IMG/VR virus record: IMGVR_UViG_3300011427_000005
Coordinates: 1-40,613 of that record
Source: a virus
Taxonomy: Duplodnaviria; Caudoviricetes
Reading direction: 5' to 3' (one strand)
Length of the DNA: 40,613 nucleotides
The stretch's first letter is position 1. Every line of letters begins with the position of its first letter. The notes beneath the pieces were generated by a model, which worked only from the letters and a program-made list of their open reading frames with translations, had not been told where the DNA came from and ran no database searches. Shown piece after piece: positions 15,735-23,858 of the stretch. Made by a program: the position numbers and the translations under genes.

Positions 15735-16427
15735 CTAGGAAGGGTGCTCGATCTTTGTTATCGGCACGCTGACTTCTTTCGCCACAAAGCCGACCTCGGG
15801 ATTAACTGCGACCTCATGCGCCCCAAAGTGCTTTTTACCATTGCGTTGTTCAAGCAGCATGGTGGCAATATCAGCGGATGCGGCATCTGCGATAGCCTGC
15901 TCGCCTTCGATGGAGTGGACAAACTCCATCCGTTTTTTTGATACCGCATCTTCGTAATCGTCAGTCATTTGGCGCGCCCGTTGAGTCCGTCTGTGCTGGG
16001 GGTCAAGCAGAAACACAGTTCCCCAGGCGAACATGGTATAGACAATTGCGCCTACGCTGAAAGGTTCATACAGCAGCGCCCACTTAGGGACCGCATAACC
16101 GGTGTGATCACCCAGCAGGGACATGAACGAGACAACCGTATTGATTGCCATAATCAGAATCTCGCCGTAGTAAAAAGCGGTAGTCCAGGCACGGTGAGTC
16201 TTTTCGATTGCCCACTGATGCAAGGCAATTGGGAAGGCGATACTTGACGCGCCGATCAATAACCCTGCAATGAGCATTACCACGCGGGAGAGATAGGCAT
16301 CTAGGGGAAAGGCAGTCAGAACGAATGAGACAAACAGGGTCGTAGCCGACAGAACGACTCCGACGTAAACAAGGCTTGCAAAAATCATAGCGGGTTTTGG
16401 GTTGTATTCGTTTTTTGTGGTGTTCAT
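15735..16427 (-). CDS. Multi-TM membrane protein with C-terminal coiled coil
   Basis: AGGAG RBS before MNTTK; about four hydrophobic segments. Confidence 0.7.
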   Translation of the reverse strand: MNTTKNEYNPKPAMIFASLVYVGVVLSATTLFVSFVLTAFPLDAYLSRVVMLIAGLLIGASSIAFPIALHQWAIEKTHRAWTTAFYYGEILIMAINTVVSFMSLLGDHTGYAVPKWALLYEPFSVGAIVYTMFAWGTVFLLDPQHRRTQRARQMTDDYEDAVSKKRMEFVHSIEGEQAIADAASADIATMLLEQRNGKKHFGAHEVAVNPEVGFVAKEVSVPITKIEHPS

Positions 16428-16428
16428 G

Positions 16429-16644
16429 TTATTTCTCCTTTTCAATCCAATAGAATATTATCGGAACGTCGGCTTCATGCTGACGTTTGAGTCTTGCCGC
16501 TTCCATCGCCTCCGCGGTGTAATCCGTTGGCTTCCAGCCACGATTGAGCCACGCGAGCAGGCGGGCAATGAGCAGGAATACGCCGCCGATGATAGAGATG
16601 CGGCGGGGGCGAGGGTGGATCTGTTCAACTACGGTTATTTTCAT
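16429..16644 (-). CDS. Small single-TM protein
   Basis: AAGGAG RBS; IIGGVFLLIARLLAWL. Confidence 0.6.
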   Translation of the reverse strand: MKITVVEQIHPRPRRISIIGGVFLLIARLLAWLNRGWKPTDYTAEAMEAARLKRQHEADVPIIFYWIEKEK

Positions 16645-16754
16645 CAGCGACTCCTTAAACGAAAACCGCCCACGATTGGGGCGGTTGTGATAAGATTAGG
16701 AGGTGGTTACCTCCAATCCAGGTAGCCACACATTATTTAATTATTCGTCTACCC

Positions 16755-16783
16755 ATTCTACTACCTTCTGTGCTAAAATTCAA
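16755..16783 (-). promoter_or_regulatory. Candidate promoter
   Basis: TTGAAT-17-TAGAAT in an intergenic gap. Confidence 0.45.
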
Positions 16784-16801
16784 TTGCAGTTTATTGCCTT
16801 T

Positions 16802-16846
16802 CCCGCCCGGTATGTCATTAGGACAAGATACCCGGCGGGTTTTTTA
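16802..16846. terminator. GC-rich hairpin with T-tract on + strand
   Basis: CCCGCCCGGTAT...ATACCCGGCGGG TTTTTT. Confidence 0.5.
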
Positions 16847-17167
16847 TTTCATCGCTTTCAGAACCAGTTCCACACATCCCGCCGGGTCACTCTCCAACAT
16901 CTCAGGCGAAAAATGAAAAACAAGATAATGCAGCGATGCCGCCAGGTTCCCCTTCTCACGGTCGGAGTCTTTCGCGTGCCGACCTCCGCCATTTTTCCAT
17001 TGCCCTCCATCGACTTCGATCAGGATGTGATGCGCTGGAAAACAAAAATCGGCTTTGTGCTTTCGTCCTATCACCATGGAAAACGGGTATTCAGGTTCCG
17101 GGCGCGGCGCGGTTGGGGGAGCGAGTAGAGTCCAATATTTCAAAAACAGAAAAGCTTTATCGGTCAT
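16844..17167 (-). CDS. Vsr/DUF559-like PD-(D/E)xK endonuclease
   Basis: PEYPF...HKADF...IEVDGGQW...GRH...DREK. Confidence 0.75.
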   Translation of the reverse strand: MTDKAFLFLKYWTLLAPPTAPRPEPEYPFSMVIGRKHKADFCFPAHHILIEVDGGQWKNGGGRHAKDSDREKGNLAASLHYLVFHFSPEMLESDPAGCVELVLKAMK

Positions 17168-17275
17168 GACCTTATTCCTTCTGTGCCTGTGTCTGATGCG
17201 CGGAGTCGATGCTGTGGGCGTGACAATGTGGCGCGTCCGGGATGGATGATTGCGCATATGTCTATACGACGTAGC

Positions 17276-17515
17276 CTATTCTTCATGTGACGCCTTTTCG
17301 TTATCCTGTTGCACCGGCAAATCCGGGTCGCCTGCGAGCGCTTCCAGTTTCTTCGCCTGCATCATGCAGTAACTAACCTGATGTTCGTTATCGATCAGGG
17401 CAAATTCATTCGCAAGGTATACCCAGTCCATCGCGGACGTTGTGATCCGTGCAAGCAGTATTTTCTTGCGCTTGTTTAGACTCTGTGTCTGTTGGTCAAG
17501 GGATGGGAGGGTCAT
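17276..17515 (-). CDS. Hypothetical protein
   Basis: 79 aa ORF in the early operon. Confidence 0.5.
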   Translation of the reverse strand: MTLPSLDQQTQSLNKRKKILLARITTSAMDWVYLANEFALIDNEHQVSYCMMQAKKLEALAGDPDLPVQQDNEKASHEE

Positions 17516-17675
17516 GCTGTCACCACCACAAATAAATACATCTGATTAATTATCTTGGAGCGATATAGATATGACTTGAGCGTGCCTGTGATCTGCATGG
17601 CTTCGGCTTCGGAGTCCACCTGCCACATACGAAGATTGATTCCGTGGGGGAGTTCGTTGGGGGAGAGGATGGTAA

Positions 17676-17861
17676 TCATTCTGTCACCTCGACTCTCTGA
17701 CCGAATAGGTTATTAGCCAGCGGCTCAACGCCGGCGCATATCACGCACTTATCCTGATGCAATTCAATCACAAGCTCGATACGGGCGGCTTCGTGCGTCT
17801 CATTGCGGACGCGGGCGGATGCTAGTTGCTGGTTCAGCCAATGGAATAAACAGCAGTTCAT
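17676..17861 (-). CDS. Hypothetical protein
   Basis: 61 aa, ATGA coupling; H...CVIC. Confidence 0.5.
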   Translation of the reverse strand: MNCCLFHWLNQQLASARVRNETHEAARIELVIELHQDKCVICAGVEPLANNLFGQRVEVTE

Positions 17862-18523
17862 TTTGCGAATCCTTTAACGAGTTGCTTTACCGCATCTCGC
17901 ATTGATAACGCCTTTGTCTTTGTAGTATCCACATACTGCTTAACCTCTGGCAGCATGGCAGTTTTCATGCGCTCGCGGGCCACGACTTCGCGGTAGGCAT
18001 CCACGAACCGGGCGCGGTCTGACGTTGCATTATCTGTTAGGATAATATCCCGCCCGCCCAATAGCCTGACCGTTTCAGTGACGGCGGGATGGGCATATAC
18101 CTCCTGAAAGCCACCTAGCAGGCAGATATGGCAGGAGTCTACATGCCGGCTGTATTGCGATAAATTCTCGGGTGTTTGATTACTGATATAGGTATCGCGC
18201 AGGCTTGCGCCGTCTGTGCAAAAGACAGACTCAACCGCCTTGAGTCCAGTCATCACCATCCCCCATGCTTCTGTTGGAGTAGGGACTCCGATTGCCAGCA
18301 TTTGGAGATCCATTGCAATCTCTCGGATGTGTCCGGGTGTGGGAAAGAATATCCCGGTGCTGAGATATTGGCGGGTTGCGGCTTCCACGGTTTCAGCGGG
18401 GAGGTCGCTGAGTATCATCTCAAAGGTATCAATAACCTTTTCGACGTTGCGATCCGTGATCGGAGAATTGGGGAGGTATTGCATACTGAGTATTGCGCGG
18501 GTTAGGTCCGCTCGGTTTGCCAT
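17858..18523 (-). CDS. Replicative helicase loader/inhibitor-like protein (G39P-like N-terminus)
   Basis: ILSDLPAETVEAATRQYLSTGIFFPTPGHIRE; immediately downstream of the initiator. Confidence 0.65.
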   Translation of the reverse strand: MANRADLTRAILSMQYLPNSPITDRNVEKVIDTFEMILSDLPAETVEAATRQYLSTGIFFPTPGHIREIAMDLQMLAIGVPTPTEAWGMVMTGLKAVESVFCTDGASLRDTYISNQTPENLSQYSRHVDSCHICLLGGFQEVYAHPAVTETVRLLGGRDIILTDNATSDRARFVDAYREVVARERMKTAMLPEVKQYVDTTKTKALSMRDAVKQLVKGFAK

Positions 18524-19284
18524 TAGATTGCACCTATTGACGCGGCGTATTTTTCTAGGGGAGTTTGTTGATCGGCGGCGGTGCTTTGTTTGCGTTGTTT
18601 GGATTGTGGATAACCATTTTCCAGCCAGCCCGCAAGGATGGTATTTACATAACTGCAATTCCTAATCCCCTTTGCGATAGTAATGTCAATCGCTTTTTGT
18701 ATCCATTCGTCAGTGTGTTTGTTTGTCCAAATATCAATCATTCGGGCGTCGGTTACGATTGCCCCCATTTTCTCTAAAGCTGTTTGAATTTTAGAGAAGC
18801 GTATATTTAATGAATCTGATTCTGATTCTGACTCTATGAAGGGAGTAAAATTCTCTATTGCGGGGGTAAGAACCTGAGACTCACCCTGAGACTCACCCTG
18901 GGGTAAATCTCCGGTACCCTGAGACTCACCCTCAATTTCCAAGGGTGGGGTGACTGACTCACCCTGATAAATGTTTATTTTCTTTCCGCTGTAATCCCTG
19001 GGGTTGATCCAGTTGTGGATGGTTATCTCAATTCCATGCTGACGCTGCTTACAGGTAATGTAGTGCTTTTCTACCAGCCGACTGCGCCATTCCCTTACTG
19101 TGTTTGTGCTGAGGGTCATATCTACGGCGATTTCCTTATCCCGCCAGTCGTATACCGTGCCTGTTTCAAATTCGGCTGCGTCACAGATGTGCATAAATAA
19201 CCAGACCGCCATCCCCATAGCTTCGCGGTGTTTTGGATCTTCGCTGAGTCCACGTTTGAGATATAACCAGTGTTTCTTAGCCAT
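18523..19284 (-). CDS. Replication initiator (N-terminal wHTH, C-terminal DnaD-like domain)
   Basis: Start MAKKHW; KEIAVDMTLSTNTVREWRSRL HTH; WIQKAI...SYVNTILAGW DnaD-type motif; internal iterons. Confidence 0.8.
   Translation of the reverse strand: MAKKHWLYLKRGLSEDPKHREAMGMAVWLFMHICDAAEFETGTVYDWRDKEIAVDMTLSTNTVREWRSRLVEKHYITCKQRQHGIEITIHNWINPRDYSGKKINIYQGESVTPPLEIEGESQGTGDLPQGESQGESQVLTPAIENFTPFIESESESDSLNIRFSKIQTALEKMGAIVTDARMIDIWTNKHTDEWIQKAIDITIAKGIRNCSYVNTILAGWLENGYPQSKQRKQSTAADQQTPLEKYAASIGAI
18878..18965. repeat. Iterons, putative replication origin
   Basis: GACTCACCCT x4 at 18878, 18890, 18923, 18956 inside the initiator gene, flanked by AT-rich sequence. Confidence 0.7.
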
Positions 19285-19442
19285 GATATTCCCCTTTAAC
19301 GTTCGTCCCCTGTGTGGTATAATTCTGTTTAGACATGTTAGAGATGTTGCCTTCTGCTTGAGCTCCCCTCGCCAGGGAGCTCTTGCGTTATTTATGGCAC
19401 GATCAATCATTTCGCCTGAGCCAAGGCGGGTAGCTGGTAAAT

Positions 19443-19575
19443 AAAAACTCCTGTGCTTTACACGATCTTCGTCTCTGGCGTTGGCAGTCCGTTCTGGCGA
19501 CGGGTTGCCTTCAACAAAGACCGTGTAAAAAACAGGAGGTCTTTGCCAGATTTTTTCACCGCTGCCAACGGTTGC
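19443..19575 (-). ncRNA. c4/CI-like structured antisense RNA / attenuator with upstream complementary targets
   Basis: Long stem CTCCTGT..TTACACGGTCTT / AAGATCGTGTAA..ACAGGAG + U-tract; internal CGCCAGA and CTGCCAACG complementary to upstream TCTGGC and CGTTGGCAG. Confidence 0.6.
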
Positions 19576-19610
19576 GCCTTACATGGTGCGCTCCATTAGA
19601 TTGTGATTGA

Positions 19611-19638
19611 ATTATATACAGACTCCTTATAGAGTCAA
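19611..19638 (-). promoter_or_regulatory. Promoter for replication operon with inverted repeat
   Basis: TTGACT-16-TATAAT; GACTC-N6-GAGTC palindrome. Confidence 0.65.
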
Positions 19639-19658
19639 GGATGAAAAATATCAATATG

Positions 19659-19889
19659 TTACACCGGCTCGATCTTATAGACTCCGACCGCCTTACCGTT
19701 CTCCCGCTCGTATTCTTTCGTATGCCAGCAGGCGGAGGTCGCCGCGTGTTTAGACGGGAACTCCGTGAAGTCTTTCCATGAGACGAATGATAATCTCTTT
19801 GTGTCCGGGTCATATTTCAGCGCCCGACCTGTCGCGTCCGTGACCATGCAGCGGATCGGGGGAGTGATTTTGTGGGTTGTTTTTTTCAT
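19659..19889 (-). CDS. Hypothetical protein
   Basis: 76 aa ORF. Confidence 0.5.
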   Translation of the reverse strand: MKKTTHKITPPIRCMVTDATGRALKYDPDTKRLSFVSWKDFTEFPSKHAATSACWHTKEYERENGKAVGVYKIEPV

Positions 19890-19923
19890 GTTTTGATTGT
19901 ATCCGATGGGCGTGAGTCTACGC

Positions 19924-20352
19924 TTACAGATGGGTTACACGTTTCCGCAGGTGCTCAATAATCGTGTCCACATGGCAAGGCAAATCCAGAGGACAAAAAC
20001 AGGATAGCCATTTATATTTCAGCAGGTCGTCATAGTACGCGGGATCTGATTTTAGATTAGACTCCATCTGGATTTTGTGCATCTCTACCGCGTGCCTGTG
20101 GGCGGATTGATCCCCGCCAAACACGTTAGATAGGTAGCCGGTCTTTCGGTTGGAGATATAATAAAATCCGGGATGCCCTTTTGTGTTTACATCGAAAATC
20201 TCATAGTCATTAGAAAACTTACCGGGGCGTCCGCAATATTTGCAGGACTCCGGCTGGCGTGCGTCTTTGAGACGGGATCGCTGATGACGATGTGGGATTC
20301 GCACATCGTCTACCATGAGTGTGTCTGATAAACCGACTAGGCTGTGTTTCAT
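19924..20352 (-). CDS. DUF4326-like protein
   Basis: YCGRPGKFSN...LKYKWLSCFCPLDLPCHVDTI. Confidence 0.75.
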   Translation of the reverse strand: MKHSLVGLSDTLMVDDVRIPHRHQRSRLKDARQPESCKYCGRPGKFSNDYEIFDVNTKGHPGFYYISNRKTGYLSNVFGGDQSAHRHAVEMHKIQMESNLKSDPAYYDDLLKYKWLSCFCPLDLPCHVDTIIEHLRKRVTHL

Positions 20353-20494
20353 TCTCGCTCCGTTTCTGTGTTCTATTCTCACCCGCCGCGCCGCTCGATC
20401 CTCGTATAGCTGTTTAGACCGATGCTTTTCTACAGCTTACACGGCGGGCGAGTGATGGTGTTAAGTGGCGCCAGTTGCACCACGTAAACCCTGG

Positions 20495-21049
20495 TTAGGC
20501 GGTTGCATCAATGGCGCGATAGCCGTTTATATTCTTGTACGGCTTACCATTCCCGTTTAACTTCTCGCTGTTGCGCCAGTCGGCAAAAAATGTGACATTG
20601 AACTCGTTGGCAGTCCTGAGCATGTCCGCTGTCCATTGTAAGCCCGTGCCAGTCAACGCGGCGAGCACCTGCTTGATTTCGCCGTTGTGGTACAGGTCGG
20701 GGAATTTATGACCATGCCCGAACAATTGGAGTTCGACTTTTTCGCCCGGCTTCGGAGTGACAATCACCTTGACAACCTCCAACGAATTGAGGCTCGTATC
20801 AATTGACGCAGGCGCATTTCCTACGACTGCCTGGGTAGGAGCGGGAGTCTGTTCAGCAAGAGGTTTCGGGCAGCCCTTCTGTTCGGTTGTCCAGCCGTGT
20901 TCCTCGATGCCGACCTTGAGTCCATCATACAGATTATTGATCGCGCCGATAACGGTTGATCCAGCGGCTTTCACATCAATTGTTACACCGTTTTTTGAGT
21001 AAACACGGGTAATAACCCAGGCCCCTTGTTGATTGTTTTCTTCTGCCAT
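20495..21049 (-). CDS. Hypothetical protein, possibly ssDNA-binding (C-terminal GKPYKNI)
   Basis: AAGGA RBS; 184 aa; beta-rich C-terminal half. Confidence 0.5.
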   Translation of the reverse strand: MAEENNQQGAWVITRVYSKNGVTIDVKAAGSTVIGAINNLYDGLKVGIEEHGWTTEQKGCPKPLAEQTPAPTQAVVGNAPASIDTSLNSLEVVKVIVTPKPGEKVELQLFGHGHKFPDLYHNGEIKQVLAALTGTGLQWTADMLRTANEFNVTFFADWRNSEKLNGNGKPYKNINGYRAIDATA

Positions 21050-21119
21050 TGTAGTTTTCCTTTCTGCTTTTCTTTTCGCAGTTGAAAATTACCCGCCAAC
21101 CGGACGGGCGCGGATGCGT

Positions 21120-21656
21120 CTAGCGCATGTTGTAGTTTACATACCCGCTCATGCGCGGTGTCAACTTCGATACCAGTCGCGCCTCGAATTCATTCGCTGC
21201 ATCGCGGATCTGGAAACAATCCCGGCATTGCATCCCCTTGAGGGTCGCATATTCGCGGGAGTGATCGCATTTTGGTTTTGGTGTAAATGGCTTGGGGGCG
21301 TATTTGGCGGCGATGGTTTTGAAGTCTTCAAAACTTTGTTTCGGGCGCGTGTCGATAATCTCTGCGGTGCAGCCTGCATCCCTGGCTATGGTCTGGATGT
21401 GATCGGCGGGATCGAGTTCACAGGCTTCGATAAACTTCGCCTTGATCGCCGTCTCATACTCCGCCTGCTTTCCGTCGGCACGCAGTTTATAGACCTCATT
21501 GTACCAGTCCTGAAAGTCAGGGGCGAGGGCTTTGATCTGTTCTATCATCCATTGCCGCGTACCTGGTTCGATGGTCTGCGCCTGGATGGTCTGCAAATCG
21601 CGCAACGCTTCACGGTTGCGGCTGTTTGCATTATAGATACCTACATTATTGCTCAT
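21120..21656 (-). CDS. Hypothetical protein
   Basis: AAGGAG RBS; 178 aa; CDH...CRDC. Confidence 0.65.
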   Translation of the reverse strand: MSNNVGIYNANSRNREALRDLQTIQAQTIEPGTRQWMIEQIKALAPDFQDWYNEVYKLRADGKQAEYETAIKAKFIEACELDPADHIQTIARDAGCTAEIIDTRPKQSFEDFKTIAAKYAPKPFTPKPKCDHSREYATLKGMQCRDCFQIRDAANEFEARLVSKLTPRMSGYVNYNMR

Positions 21657-21739
21657 GATATTTGCTCCTTGAATTTCCGAAGGTGGAGTTAAACTTACTG
21701 GATTGATTATACTACTGTAACGCTACCTCGTATAGGGTA

Positions 21740-21818
21740 TTGACAATCACCTCTTATGCGAGTATAAACCTGTCTGGAAACGCCTCGCGGTCCGAAGCCG
21801 TCGCGGCGTTTTCGTTCA
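21740..21818 (+). promoter_or_regulatory. Antisense-oriented promoter followed by hairpin/terminator (candidate small RNA)
   Basis: TTGACA-17-TATAAA at 21740-21768, then GAAACGCC...GGCGTTTTCGTT. Confidence 0.55.
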
Positions 21819-22124
21819 TGCCGGTCGTCCCTTGATATTGGTATCGTTCTTGTGCCCATTCCCGTTGCGCCGGGCGGCTTCAGCGTCATCGCCGTTTTTG
21901 ATTTCCGTTTTTGCGTCTGCGATGATTCGATCTGCCATGCGGTTCATGGATTCGGTCTGTTTCAGGATGGCTTTGAGTTCTTCGATGTGGGCGGCAAGCG
22001 AGTCTATCAGAGACGTGTTTTTCATTTCGATGGGGTCAAGCCACTTTCGGCAATTCTTGCAAAATGAGCCAGTCCCATCCTCGGTGTCCACAACCATATT
22101 CAGCGGGTGTTGACATTCTGCCAT
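21816..22124 (-). CDS. Hypothetical protein (CxH...CxxC + coiled coil)
   Basis: GGAG RBS; 102 aa. Confidence 0.6.
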   Translation of the reverse strand: MAECQHPLNMVVDTEDGTGSFCKNCRKWLDPIEMKNTSLIDSLAAHIEELKAILKQTESMNRMADRIIADAKTEIKNGDDAEAARRNGNGHKNDTNIKGRPA

Positions 22125-22336
22125 TTCGTTTTCTCCAATTTCAAAATTTTCATGTATGCCTGCATATCGCGGACAACAATTTTGTCGAGAGTTGTGTCAC
22201 CGATGACGGGTGCCGGCGCTTCCGGGTCATTCATCGCATTATGTAATGCCCGGCTCATGGCGGCGCGGAGTTCGCGATCTGGTTCGTTTTTGATGGCTTT
22301 GAGCATTTCTTCGAGTAGTGCGCGTTTGTCGGTCAT
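22100..22336 (-). CDS. Hypothetical protein
   Basis: 78 aa, ATGA coupling. Confidence 0.55.
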   Translation of the reverse strand: MTDKRALLEEMLKAIKNEPDRELRAAMSRALHNAMNDPEAPAPVIGDTTLDKIVVRDMQAYMKILKLEKTKWQNVNTR

Positions 22337-22539
22337 GAGGTTTTCATCCTTTTCAAAGTTTTTCGCAGTCTCGCCACGTCGCGCATATCGCGCATGATGG
22401 TGGAGCGGGTAGGCGGGTCAAGAAACAGGTTGGCTATCTTTGCCAGTGACAGACCATCGAGTCTGCCGGCATCCTGTAATTGCATCAGGACGATGAGTCG
22501 GGCTGATTTTTCGAGAGAGCCGTTTCGGGGGGCGGTCAT
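22333..22539 (-). CDS. HTH DNA-binding protein
   Basis: Start MTAPRN; LSLAKIANLF..PTRSTIMRDM. Confidence 0.6.
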   Translation of the reverse strand: MTAPRNGSLEKSARLIVLMQLQDAGRLDGLSLAKIANLFLDPPTRSTIMRDMRDVARLRKTLKRMKTS

Positions 22540-22766
22540 GATTGCAGGCTCCATAATTGATACCATCCGCGCTCGCCGCGCGAGGATGAAACGGTGACAT
22601 GTCTGACGCTGAAAAGGTGCGCCAGCATGGATTTCGTCGGGTTGCAGAATGTCCGTCCGGGTCGGAAATTTCGCCCGGTCATACGCTCGCAACGGTCGCC
22701 AATTTTCAGAGCGCTTGTGCCATCTGGGTAAATCGTAAAGTCAATCTGTACTCGTTTTTTGTCCAT
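22536..22766 (-). CDS. First early gene, hypothetical
   Basis: AGGAG RBS, MDKKRV, directly after the early promoter. Confidence 0.6.
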   Translation of the reverse strand: MDKKRVQIDFTIYPDGTSALKIGDRCERMTGRNFRPGRTFCNPTKSMLAHLFSVRHVTVSSSRGERGWYQLWSLQS

Positions 22767-22794
22767 TTCAATCTCCTGTTGTTTTGATAGCAGG

Positions 22795-22823
22795 ATTGTA
22801 GCACTACCGTCTACGGGTGTCAA
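22795..22823 (-). promoter_or_regulatory. Main leftward early promoter with palindrome
   Basis: TTGACA-17-TACAAT; CCGTAGACGG palindrome in the spacer. Confidence 0.8.
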
Positions 22824-22905
22824 GGGTAGTGCAACACCAATATCCGCCCAAAAGGTTACACTTTCCAGCCCAGAACCTGGGGACGGTGGAGTCTGTCCTG
22901 AACGG

Positions 22906-22980
22906 TGATATAATCAGGTTACATAAATGCCCGCGTGTTTGAGCACCGGGCAAGTGATCCAAGCACATGGAGGTGCTCGA
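22906..22980 (+). promoter_or_regulatory. Extended -10 promoter and RBS-sequestering leader of the GIY-YIG gene
   Basis: TGATATAAT; hairpin TGCCCG..CGGGCA; AGCAC-ATGGAG-GTGCT hides GGAGG. Confidence 0.6.
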
Positions 22981-23748
22981 ATGAGTAATTCTAACATGAG
23001 TGTAAGCGGGATTTATAAGATTACAAATACTGCCAACGGAAAAATTTACGTGGGGAGTTCTGTTAATATCATGGATAGGTGGAATAGACACAAAAGTCAG
23101 TTGAGAAATAACATACATAAAAACGGACGCTTACAAAACGCATGGAATAAATACGGCGCAGATTGTTTTTATATTTCCGTTATTGAGCAGTGTTTCGTTT
23201 TTGCCTTAATATTTCGGGAGCAGTATTACATAAATATATTGAGACCTGAATATAATATTGCACTAAAGGCAGGGAGCACTCTAGGCGTACGACCGTCCCC
23301 AGAGACTCTTGTCATAATGTCGAATGTTCAAAAAGGTAAAAAACATTCCCTAGAAACGCGCGCTAAAATGTCTGCGTCAGCAAAGGGAAAAACAAGATCA
23401 GCGGAAACCCGTGCTAAAATGTCGATAGCTTCTAAAAACCAAACCCCAGAACGTAGAGCGAAAACAGCAGCAAGAAATAGGGCAAGGATATTTACTACTG
23501 AAATTCTTGCAAAGATGTCGGCTGCTGCTAAAAACATTTCCGATGAAACGCGTGCCAAGATGTCGGCTTCTCACATGGGAAAACCAAGCGGAAGAAAAGG
23601 ACAACCTGTACCGCAAGATGTTAGATTGAAAATATCAGCGTCTCTGACTGGTAAAAAACTTAGTGCCGAGACGATTGCCAAGTTATCTAATTCTCAAAAA
23701 ATAGCCTGGCTGAAGCGTAAGCAGAAAGATGAAAACAGAGAAAAATAA
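22981..23748 (+). CDS. Free-standing GIY-YIG homing endonuclease with NUMOD3 repeats
   Basis: SGIYKITNTANGKIYVGSS, REQYYI, YNI; repeated ETRAKMS. Confidence 0.92.
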   Translation: MSNSNMSVSGIYKITNTANGKIYVGSSVNIMDRWNRHKSQLRNNIHKNGRLQNAWNKYGADCFYISVIEQCFVFALIFREQYYINILRPEYNIALKAGSTLGVRPSPETLVIMSNVQKGKKHSLETRAKMSASAKGKTRSAETRAKMSIASKNQTPERRAKTAARNRARIFTTEILAKMSAAAKNISDETRAKMSASHMGKPSGRKGQPVPQDVRLKISASLTGKKLSAETIAKLSNSQKIAWLKRKQKDENREK

Positions 23749-23858
23749 TAGTTATCGTATAGGCATGGTGGTACAATTATTGAAATCAATTCGACTATCC
23801 TTAAATTATGAACGTCGAATCTCAGTTGGACAGAGTTATACAAAGGTAGTTATACAGC

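Noticed and set aside
19562-19576. CTGCCAACGGTTGCG as a twelfth attC arm
   Set aside because: No L' TAA box or partner arm; better explained as the box complementary to the c4-like RNA
20383-20460. CCCGCCG...CGGCGGG intergenic hairpin as a tRNA or ncRNA
   Set aside because: No T-loop or anticodon arm pattern; too little support beyond a single stem
21033-21692. 219-aa + strand ORF and similar long antisense ORFs (e.g. 7885-8349, 18216-18665, 36896-37483)
   Set aside because: Shadows of better-supported opposite-strand genes; no RBS or motifs
23300-23620. Repeated GAAACGCGxGCxAAxATGTC as a DNA repeat element
   Set aside because: In-frame NUMOD3 (ETRAKMS) protein repeats of the endonuclease
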